The notes beneath the pieces are model-generated. The model had not been told where the DNA came from, did not search any database, and saw nothing but the letters and a program-made list of their open reading frames with translations. From contig NC_134031.1 in NCBI RefSeq assembly GCF_964204645.1, positions 15,301,807 to 15,365,806 on the forward strand: 64,000 bases of DNA, written 5' to 3'. A program made the translations under genes and the position numbers. This document shows positions 54,519-64,000 of this stretch, in pieces (position 1 is the first letter of the stretch; each line of letters begins with the position of its first letter). The stretch is from Tubulanus polymorphus (Eukaryota; Animalia; Nemertea).

Positions 54519-55637
54519 TTAACGAGTAAAAAAGTGAACGAGGAAATATCTTTTGGCGGTTATTTTGAAAAGCGTATTAGTTGAACAGTACACGACAAAA
54601 TTCAACGAGGAATCTAAAATACTCAATAGAATTCCACTTTTTCTCATCACCATGAAAGAATCATGTGAAAAGCTGGACTTCAATCCCAACCGAGATTCGT
54701 GATACGTTATAAGACGGTCCAATGAAGCAGGAATTTCAAACATCATAAACATCAAAACGATAAAAAGAACCATCTTCAAAATCTTCTGCTCTTTCGAATC
54801 TGTAGACGATATTCTGACTGTAGAAGTGGCTAATTCCTTTCGCTGTTTGTAATGATTTCGTAGGATAAATATCATCAGCGCGATGTTTATCAAAACCAAT
54901 ATAACGAATGGAGAAATAATGCACATGAACATATAAGTGTGGTATGTAAACGCGTATGCAATATTAAAATTGTAATTGAAAGGAGTTCGGATAAGTTTAG
55001 CTCCAAATGTTCCCATAGTGTACAGTGAGATCTTTCTAAAACAATACCAAGAGGCTCTAGCAGGAAGATACAGGGGAAAGAAGTAAGGCCAGTTTAGAAA
55101 TACTGATACAACGAAATTGAAAACTGCGAGACAAGTGATTTGAGTTTTGGCCCAAAACCGTCTGAAATACAGCGGGCTAGCGACAACTATTAATCTTTCT
55201 AAGTTCAATATGACAACAGACCAATTTCTGGCCATTTGAAAAGTGAAGAAAAAAGGCATCGCCCAAATGATTATTTCGTGTCCAAAATACCAGTCATCGT
55301 ACCTGTGTATGTGTTCGTAGAGCGATACGTAGATTATGATTGTTCGTAGTGGATAAAGTAGAAACACCGCGATTAGAAAAAGCAAATCAAACCACGCCAG
55401 AATTATGACTGTCAGATACGTGTCGCTATCGATACGGCGAAAAACTGTAATTGTAGCTGAATTGAGAATTATCCCCATTAACGACGCCGGTAAATATGCT
55501 AATATGTACATATAGACGCTGAAGGTATATTGCCATCTGACCGGTGGGTTGCATTCCGCTGGACCAGGCGTGACTCGCGCAGACGTTATAGTAGTGATAC
55601 TGTCGTTATTTGGTTGAAGTAATGTTGAAGTCATCAT
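54519..55637 (-). CDS. GPCR copy 5 (type A)
   Basis: Intact 372 aa; 2146-bp period. Confidence 0.9.
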   Translation of the reverse strand: MMTSTLLQPNNDSITTITSARVTPGPAECNPPVRWQYTFSVYMYILAYLPASLMGIILNSATITVFRRIDSDTYLTVIILAWFDLLFLIAVFLLYPLRTIIIYVSLYEHIHRYDDWYFGHEIIIWAMPFFFTFQMARNWSVVILNLERLIVVASPLYFRRFWAKTQITCLAVFNFVVSVFLNWPYFFPLYLPARASWYCFRKISLYTMGTFGAKLIRTPFNYNFNIAYAFTYHTYMFMCIISPFVILVLINIALMIFILRNHYKQRKELATSTVRISSTDSKEQKILKMVLFIVLMFMMFEIPASLDRLITYHESRLGLKSSFSHDSFMVMRKSGILLSILDSSLNFVVYCSTNTLFKITAKRYFLVHFFTR

Positions 55638-56637
55638 GAGTGCGAGTCCTCATTCACTGACTGAACTTAGATGCAATGTTTATAGTTTAGATGATAATCC
55701 TCGACAGCAATTAAACTAGAAATTACTCGAGTCTGATTTCAAATGTTTTGATGTTACGTGACTCTTATATCGTATTCTGATAACAAAAATATCTACAAAT
55801 CGCAGTAGAACATGAAAATTTGTTACGTTTAGCTAATGAGGTAAATTATGTATTCTAAACCGGCGAATAATTTGAAATATGTACGTAGTTTTTTTTTGAA
55901 GAAGTGGAGAGGGTTATCAGTTAATAATGGCTCATGTCTGATAATGTGAGATGATTTTGATGAAAATTGTCAATCGCAAAAGGTATTCAGCATTTACTCA
56001 TTCATTCGATAAATTGGCAATAGAATTTTCTAACTGACAGTAACCGGTCTTTTCTAAGGTATAAGGTGCATTGAAAATTACGATGGTTCATCTCGCAAAT
56101 TATGAATCGACATCATCATGCCACGTGACTTTAGTTTTCAGTGGATCCGGATTTCCCACCAGTTGATATCGGTACAAGTTTGGCCTTCAAGCGAGCGTGT
56201 TTTCATGTTCGGCGAAATATTATCACGTATGGCTATAGAATGTTTTGCGTTGATAAATCAACGAAAATCCGATATGATACGTATTATGTGATTAATATTG
56301 AATTGCAGAATTACAAGTGAAGTCCAGTTTTCATGTTAAATAGAATGTAAAATATTCGAAAAGAAAAGATCTTCGAAAATCGTTCATTTCGTTGGGTGAA
56401 ATAGGTACGTACCAGCTACTGCTGCTGCTGCCACCTCCAAGAACTATGAAATCCGAATGTCCAACCATTCATTAAATTGTTCTAATCTAACAGTGATAAC
56501 GACCAAATTGGATCTAATTCATTAGTATTTAAAAATGAAATAATCTTTGGACCCTGCAGTCGTTTTCCGAAGAATCCGAAACTTTACCCAGCGATCAGCA
56601 ATGGACCCAATAATCCATCCCTAAACCAAGCGCATAG

Positions 56638-57759
56638 TTAACGAGTAAAAAAGTGAACGAGGAAATATCTTTTGGCGGTTTTTTTGAAAAGCGTATTAGT
56701 TGAACAGTACACGGCAAAATTCAACGAGGAATCTAAAATACTCAATAGAATTCCAACTTTTCTCATCACCATGAAAGAATCCTGTGAAAAGCTGGACTTC
56801 AATCCCAACCGAGATTCATGATACGTTATAAGACGGTCCAATGAAGCAGGAATTTCAAATAACATAAACATCAAAATTATGAAAAGAACCATCTTTAAAA
56901 TCTTCTGCTCTTTCGAATCTGTAGACGATATTCTGACTGTAGAAGTGGCTAATTCCTTTCGCTGTTTGTAATGATTTCGTAGGATTAATATCATCAGCGC
57001 GATGTTTATCAAAACCAATATAACGAATGGAGAAATAATGCACATTAACATATAGGTGTGATACGTAAACGCGTATGCAATACCAAAACTGTAATTGAAA
57101 GGAGTTCGGATAAATTTAGCTCCAAATGTTCCGATAGTGTACAGCGAGACCTCTCGAAAACAATGCCAAGAAGCTCTAGCAGGAAGATGAAGGGGAAAGA
57201 AATGAGGCCAGTTTAGAAATACCGATACAACGAAATTGAAAACTGCGAGACAAGTGATTTGAGTTTTGGCCCAAAACCGTCTGAAATACAGCGGGCTAGC
57301 GACAACTATTAATCTTTCTAAGTTCAATACGACAACAGACCAATTCCTGGCCATTTGAAAAACGAAGAAAAAAGGCATCACCCAAATGATTATTTCGTGT
57401 CCAAAATACCAGTCATCGTACCTGTGTATGTGTGTGTAGAGCGATGCGTAGATTATGATTGTTCGTAGTGGATAAAGTAGAAACACCGCGATTAGAAAAA
57501 GCAAATCAAACCACGCGAGAATTATGACTGTCAGATACGTGTCGCTATCGATACGGCGAAAAACTGTAATTGTAGCTGAATTGAGAACTATTCCCATTAA
57601 CGACGCCGGTAAATATGCTAATATGTACATATAGACGCTGAAGGTATATTGCCATCGGACCGGTGGGTGCACGCATTCCGCTGGACCAGGCGTGACTCGT
57701 GCAGACGTTATAGTAGTGATACTGTCGTTATTTGGTTGAAGCAATGTTGAAGTCATCAT
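56638..57759 (-). CDS. GPCR copy 6 (type B, CVHPP)
   Basis: Intact 373 aa with a distinct upstream spacer. Confidence 0.9.
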   Translation of the reverse strand: MMTSTLLQPNNDSITTITSARVTPGPAECVHPPVRWQYTFSVYMYILAYLPASLMGIVLNSATITVFRRIDSDTYLTVIILAWFDLLFLIAVFLLYPLRTIIIYASLYTHIHRYDDWYFGHEIIIWVMPFFFVFQMARNWSVVVLNLERLIVVASPLYFRRFWAKTQITCLAVFNFVVSVFLNWPHFFPLHLPARASWHCFREVSLYTIGTFGAKFIRTPFNYSFGIAYAFTYHTYMLMCIISPFVILVLINIALMILILRNHYKQRKELATSTVRISSTDSKEQKILKMVLFIILMFMLFEIPASLDRLITYHESRLGLKSSFSQDSFMVMRKVGILLSILDSSLNFAVYCSTNTLFKKTAKRYFLVHFFTR

Positions 57760-58687
57760 AAGTACGAGTCCTCATTCACTGACTGAGCTCGATGCAATGT
57801 TCATGGTTTAGATGATAATTTTCGCCAGTAATTAACATGTAAAAACTCCTCGAGTCTGATTTTTTATGTTGAATGTTACGTGGCTCTAATATCGTGTTCT
57901 GATAACAAAAAATATCTACAAATTGCAGTTGAACATGGATATTTGTTACGTTTAGCTAATAAGGTAAATTATGTATTCTAAACCGGCGAATAATTTGAAA
58001 TGTGTAAAAGGACGACATAACATTTTACGTGATGCATTGCGACCAAAACATAAACACAGGATTCGAGAAAAATTAAGGACTTTTTGCACCAGACCGAACG
58101 CTCGTGTGTGCGTGCTTGTTGCGTCGGGGTTATTCTTTAAACGTTTAATGAAATTTCATCATTATCATTTAATTTGATTGTAACTTTATACAAAGTACAG
58201 TATACAAATATCGTTTATCTAATACAAAATATGGCGTAAATGCATACATAGCAGCGAATAGTAATCATATAGTGATTTGGGGGGGGGGGGGTACATGTGT
58301 AGGTTCAAAGGCTACATTTAGGTATCCACATAGTTTGATCAGAATTTTTTTTTGAATAATTGAAGGGGGTTATCAGTTTATAATGGCTCACGTCTGATGA
58401 TGAGATGATTTTGATAATTGGCAAACCGTAAAAGTATTGAATATTCACTCGTCATTCATTCGATAAATTGGCTATATAATTTTCTAACTGGCAACAATTT
58501 GATCCGAGTTCTGAGGTGCATTACGATTGAAATGGTTCAACTCGAATTAATTTTCATTTAAAATGATATAATCTTTTGGCAATGGACCCTGCAGTCGTTA
58601 CGCAAAGGATCCAAATTAAACCCAGCGATCAGCGGTAGTTCTAGTAGGGTTTGCATGAATACAATCCGTCCTAAACCAAGCGCATAT

Positions 58688-59741
58688 TTAACGAGTGAAA
58701 TAGTGAACCAGGAAATATCTTTTGGCGGTTTTTTTGAAAAGCGTATTAGTTGAACAGTACACGACAAAATTCAACGAGGAATCTAAAATACTCAATAGAA
58801 TTCCAATCTTCCTGATTACCATGAATGAATTAAAAGAAATGCTACGCTTTAAAGCGAACTGTGTTTCAAAATAAGTTATAAGACGGTCAATTGAAGCAGG
58901 AATTTCAAATATCATGAACATCAAAACTATCAAAAGAATCATCTTCAAAATCTTCTGCTCTTTCGAATCTGTAGACGATATTCTGACCGTAGAAGTGGCT
59001 AATTCCTTTCGCTGTTTGTAATGATTTCGTAGGATAAATACCATCAGCGCGATGTTTATCAAAACCAATATAACGAATGGAGAAATAATGCACATGAACA
59101 TATAAGTGTGGTATGTAAACGTGTATGCGATATTAAAATTGTAATTGAAAGGAGTTCGGATACGTGTAGCTCCACATGTTCCCATAGTGTACAGTGAGAT
59201 CTTTCTAAAACAATACCAAGAGGCTCTAGCAGGAAGATACAGGGGAAAGAAGTAAGGCCAGTTCAGAAATACCGAGACAACGGTATTGAAAACTGCGAGA
59301 CAAGTGATTTGAGTTTTGGCCCCAAACCGTCTGAAATACAGCGGGCTAGCGACAACTATTAATCTTTCTAAGTTCAATATGACAACAGACCAATTTCTGG
59401 CCATTTGAAAAGTGAAGAAAAAAGGCATCGCCCAAATGATTATTTCGTGTCCAAAATACCAGTCATCGTACCTGTGTATCTGCATGGACGTATAAACTAG
59501 AGTTTATACGTCCATGCAGATACGCGTCGCTACCGATACGGCGAAAAACTGTAATGGTTGCTGAATTGAGAATTTTCCCCATTAACGACGCCGGTAAATA
59601 TGCTAATATGTACATATAGACGCTGAAGGTATATTGCCATCTGACCGGTGGGTTGCATTCCGCTGGACCAGGCGTGACTCGCGCAGACGTTATAGTAGTG
59701 ATACTGTCGTTATTTGGTTGAAGTAATGTTGAAGTCATCAT
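58688..59741 (-). pseudogene. GPCR copy 7: chimeric (type A 5' end, type C 3' end), frameshifted pseudogene
   Basis: Its span is 1054 bp versus 1119 bp (net -65, out of frame). The TM2 region is replaced by a palindrome at 59476-59523. It also carries private substitutions (GKILN, RFGAK, GTCGA). Confidence 0.9.
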
Positions 59742-60765
59742 GAGTGCGAGTCCTCATTCACTGACTGAACTTAGATACAATGTTTATAGTTTAGATGATA
59801 ATCCTCGACAGCAATTAAACTAGAAATTACTCGAGTCTGATTTCAAATGTTTTAATGTTACGTGACTCTTATATCGTGTTCTGATGACAAAAATATCTAC
59901 AAATCGAAGTAGAACATGAAAATTTGTTACGTTTAGCTAATGAGGTAAATTATGTATTCTAAACCGGCGAATAATTTGAAATATGTACGTAGTTTTTTTG
60001 TGAAGAGGTGGAGAGGGTTATCAGTTAATAATGGCTCATGTCTGATGATGTGAGATGATTTTGATGATAATTGTCAATCGCAAAAGGTATTCAGCATTTA
60101 CTCATTCATTCGATAAATTGGCAATAGAATTTTCTAACTGACAGTAACCGGTTTTTTCTAAGGTATAAGGTGCATTGAAAATTACGATGGTTCATCTCGC
60201 AAATTATGAATCGACATCATCATGCCACGTGACTTTAGTTTTCAGTGGATCCGGATTTCCCACCAGTTGATATCGGTACAAGTTTGGCTTTCAAGCGACC
60301 GTGTTTTCATGTTCGGCGAAATATTATCACGTATGGCTATAGCATGTTTTGCGTTGATAAATCAACGAAAATCCGATTTGATACGTATTATGTGATTAAT
60401 ATTGAATTGCAGAATTACAAGTGAAATCCAGTTTTCATGTTAAATAGAATGTAAAATATTCGAAAAGAAAAGATCTTCGAAAATCGTTCATTTCGTTGGG
60501 TGAAATAGATACGTACTAGCTACTGCTGCTGCTGCCACCTCCAAGAACTATGAAATCCGAATGTCCAACCATTCATTAAACTGTTTTAATCTAACATTGA
60601 TAACGACCAAACTGGATCTAATTCATTAGTATTTAAAAATAAAATAATCTTTTGACAAATGGACCCTGCAGTCGTTTTCCGAAGATTTCGAAACTTAAGC
60701 CTCCGATCAGCAATGGACCCAACGGGGTTTACAGGATTACAATCCATCCTAAACCAAGCGCATAG

Positions 60766-61887
60766 TTAACGAGTAAAAAAGTGAACGAGGAAATATCTTT
60801 TGGCGGTTTTTTTGAAAAGCGTATTAGTTGAACAGTACACGGCAAAATTCAACGAGGAATCTAAAATACTCAGTAGAATTCCAACTTTTCTCATCACCAT
60901 GAAAGAATCCTGTGAAAAGCTGGACTTCAATCCCAACCGAGATTCATGATACGTTATAAGACGGTCCAATGAAGCAGGAATTTCAAATAACATAAACATC
61001 AAAATTATGAAAAGAACCATCTTTAAAATCTTCTGCTCTTTCGAATCTGTAGACGATATTCTGACTGTAGAAGTGGCTAATTCCTTTCGCTGTTTGTAAT
61101 GATTTCGTAGGATTAATATCATCAGCGCGATGTTTATCAGAACCAATATAACGAATGGAGAAATAATGCACATTAACATATAGGTGTGGTACGTAAACGC
61201 GTATGCAATACCAAAACTGTAATTGAAAGGAGTTCGGATAAATTTAGCTCCAAATGTTCCGATAGTGTACAGCGAGACCTCTCGAAAACAATGCCAAGAA
61301 GCTCTAGCAGGAAGATGAAGGGGAAAGAAATGAGGCCAGTTTAGAAATACCGATACAACGAAATTGAAAACTGCGAGACAAGTGATTTGAGTTTTGGCCC
61401 AAAACCGTCTGAAATACAGCGGGCTAGCGACAACTATTAATCTTTCTAAGTTCAATACGACAACAGACCAATTCCTGGCCATTTGAAAAACGAAGAAAAA
61501 AGGCATCACCCAAACGATTATTTCGTGTCCAAAATACCAGTCATCGTACCTGTGTATGTGTGTGTAGAGCGATGCGTAGATTATGATTGTTCGTAGTGGA
61601 TAAAGTATAAACACCGCGATTAGAAAAAGCAAATCAAACCACGCCAGAATTATGACTGTCAGATACGTGTCGCTATCGATACGGCGAAAAACTGTAATTG
61701 TAGCTGAATTGAGAACTATTCCCATTAACGACGCCGGTAAATATGCTAATATGTACATATAGACGCTGAAGGTATATTGCCATCGGACCGGTGGGTGCAC
61801 GCATTCCGCTGGACCAGACGTGACTCGTGCAGACGTTATAGTAGTGATACTGTCGTTATTTGGTTGAAGTAATGTTGAAGTCATCAT
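60766..61887 (-). CDS. GPCR copy 8 (type B)
   Basis: Intact 373 aa, near-identical to copy 6 including the upstream spacer. Confidence 0.9.
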   Translation of the reverse strand: MMTSTLLQPNNDSITTITSARVTSGPAECVHPPVRWQYTFSVYMYILAYLPASLMGIVLNSATITVFRRIDSDTYLTVIILAWFDLLFLIAVFILYPLRTIIIYASLYTHIHRYDDWYFGHEIIVWVMPFFFVFQMARNWSVVVLNLERLIVVASPLYFRRFWAKTQITCLAVFNFVVSVFLNWPHFFPLHLPARASWHCFREVSLYTIGTFGAKFIRTPFNYSFGIAYAFTYHTYMLMCIISPFVILVLINIALMILILRNHYKQRKELATSTVRISSTDSKEQKILKMVLFIILMFMLFEIPASLDRLITYHESRLGLKSSFSQDSFMVMRKVGILLSILDSSLNFAVYCSTNTLFKKTAKRYFLVHFFTR

Positions 61888-62820
61888 GAGTGCGAGTCCT
61901 CATTCAGTGACTGAGCTCGATGCAATATTTATAATTCAGATGATAATTCTCGCCAGTAATTAACATGTAAAAAGTCCTCGAGTCTGATTTTTTATGTTGA
62001 ATGTTACGTGGCTCTAATATCGTGTTCTGATAACAAAAAATATCTACAAATTGCAGTTGAACATGGATATTTGTTACGTTTAGCTAATAAGGTAAATTAT
62101 GTATTCTAAACCGGCGAATAATTTGAAATGTGTAAAAGGACGACATAACATTTTACGTGATGCATTGCGACCAAAACATAAACACAGGATTCGAGAAAAA
62201 TTAAGGACTTTTTGCACCAGACCGAACGCTCGTGTGTGCGTGCTTGTTGCGTCGGGGTTATTCTTTAAACGTTTAATGAAATTTCATCATTATCATTTAA
62301 TTTGATTGTAACTTTATACAAAGTACAGTATACAAATATCGTTTATCTAATACAAAATATGGCGTAAATGCATACATAGCAGCGAATAGTAATCATATAG
62401 TGATTTGGGGGGGGGGGGGGGGGTACATGTGTAGGTTCAAAGGCTACATTTAGGTATCCACATAGTTTGATCAGAATTTTTTTTTGAATAATTGAAGGGG
62501 GTTATCAGTTTATAAAGGCTCACGTCTGATGATGAGATGATTTTGATAATTGGCAAACCGTAAAAGTATTTCAAGATTTACTCGTCATTCATTCGATAAA
62601 TTGGCTATATAATTTTCTAACTGGCAACAATTTGATCCGAGTTCTGAGGTGCATTAAAATTAAAATGGTTCAACTCGAATCAATTTTCATTTAAAATGAT
62701 ATAATCTTTTGGCAATGGACCCTGCAGTCGTTACGCAAAGGATCCAAATTAAACCCAGCGATCAGCAGTAGTTCTAGTAGGGTTTGCATGAATACAATCC
62801 GTCCTAAACCAAGCGCATAT

Positions 62821-63939
62821 TTAACGAGTGAAATAGTGAACCAGGAAAAATCTTTTGGCGGTTTTTTTGAAAAGCGTATTAGTTGAACAGTACACGGCAA
62901 AATTCAACGAGGAATCTAAAATACTCAATAGAATTCCAATCTTCCTGATTACCATGAATGAATTAAAAGAAACGCTACGCTTTAAAGCGAACTGTGTTTC
63001 AAAATAAGTTATAAGACGGTCAATTGAAGCAGGAATTTCAAATATCATGAACATCAAAACTATCAAAAGAATCATCTTCAAAATCTTCTGCTCTTTCGAA
63101 TCTGTAGACGGTATTCTGACCGTAGAAGTGGCTAATTCCTTTCGCTGTTTGTAATGATTTCGTTGGATCAAGGCCATCAGCGCGATGTTTATCAAAACCA
63201 ATATAACGAATGGAGAAATAATGCACATGAACATATAAGTGTGGTATGTAAACGTGTATGCGATATCAAAATTGTAATTGAAAGGAGTTCGGATAGTTTT
63301 AGCTCCAAATGTTCCCATAGTGTACAGTGAGATCTTTCCAAAACAATGCCAAGAAGCTCTAGCAGGAAGATACAGAGGAAAGAAGTAAGGCCAGTTTAGA
63401 AATACCGAGACAACGAAATTGGAAACTGCGAGACAAGTGATTTGAGTTTTGGCCCAAAACCGTCTGAAATACAGCGGGCTAGCGACAACTATTAATCTTT
63501 CTAAGTTCAATATAACAACAGACCAATTCCTGGCCATTTGAAAAACGAAGAAAAAAGGCATCACCCAAATGATTATTTCGTGTCCAAAATACCAGTCATC
63601 GTACCTGTGTATGTGTGTGTAGAGCGATGCGTAGATTATGATTGTTCGTAGTGGATAAAGTATAAACACCGCGATTAGAAAAAGCAAATCAAACCACGCC
63701 AGAATTATGACTGTCAGATACGTGTCGCTATCGATACGGCGAAAAACTGTAATTGTAGCTGAATTGAGAACTATTCCCATTAACGACGCCGGTAAATATG
63801 CTAATATGTACATATAGACGCTGAAGGTATATTGCCATCTGACCGGTGGGTGCACGCATTCCGCTGGATCAGCCGTCACTTCTGCGGAGGTTATTGCGGT
63901 GATATTAGAATTTGGTTGAAGTAATGTTGAAGTCATCAT
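62821..63939 (-). CDS. GPCR copy 9 (type C)
   Basis: Intact 372 aa with a divergent N-terminus (NSNITAITSAEVTADP) and ECL3 (YFETQFALKRSVSFNSF). The array may continue past the window. Confidence 0.9.
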   Translation of the reverse strand: MMTSTLLQPNSNITAITSAEVTADPAECVHPPVRWQYTFSVYMYILAYLPASLMGIVLNSATITVFRRIDSDTYLTVIILAWFDLLFLIAVFILYPLRTIIIYASLYTHIHRYDDWYFGHEIIIWVMPFFFVFQMARNWSVVILNLERLIVVASPLYFRRFWAKTQITCLAVSNFVVSVFLNWPYFFPLYLPARASWHCFGKISLYTMGTFGAKTIRTPFNYNFDIAYTFTYHTYMFMCIISPFVILVLINIALMALIQRNHYKQRKELATSTVRIPSTDSKEQKILKMILLIVLMFMIFEIPASIDRLITYFETQFALKRSVSFNSFMVIRKIGILLSILDSSLNFAVYCSTNTLFKKTAKRFFLVHYFTR

Positions 63940-64000
63940 GAGTGCGAGTCCTCATTCACTGACTGAGCTCGATGCAATGTTTACAATTTAGATGATAATT

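Noticed and set aside
46152-63226. 62-aa alternative-frame ORF repeated in each GPCR copy
   Set aside because: It is repeated only because the host gene is duplicated; there is no independent evidence for it.

Overview
This is intron-rich eukaryotic DNA from an animal, probably a lophotrochozoan-type invertebrate (an inference from gene content, short GT-AG introns and MITE/SINE content). I traced exons by hand. In order, the window holds: the 5' part of a GAB/DOK/IRS-like PH-domain gene (-, runs off the left edge); a GDP-fucose transporter SLC35C1 (-); a complete mTOR of about 50 coding exons (-) set head-to-head with an intronless UBIAD1 (+); tRNA-Asp(GTC); a small secreted W/P/R-rich single-CUB protein (+); LRRC34 (-, 10 exons) divergent from a SAND+SAM gene (SAMD7/SAMD11-like, +); and a tandem array of nine intronless rhodopsin-class, FMRFamide/peptide-receptor-like GPCRs (-). 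One GPCR copy is a chimeric pseudogene broken by a perfect palindromic mini-insertion. The most notable observations are: (1) mTOR introns built from amplified copies of their own splice junctions, including about 42 decoy 5' splice sites that would all give an immediate stop; (2) the young, recombining GPCR array, with several variable sites in extracellular loops; (3) vertebrate-like microsynteny (MTOR-UBIAD1 and LRRC34-SAMD7/11); (4) a 147-bp local copy of the tRNA-Asp 3' end plus flank inserted in the mTOR leader region; and (5) several nested or site-preferring MITEs. No database searches were run, and gene names rest on motif recognition.
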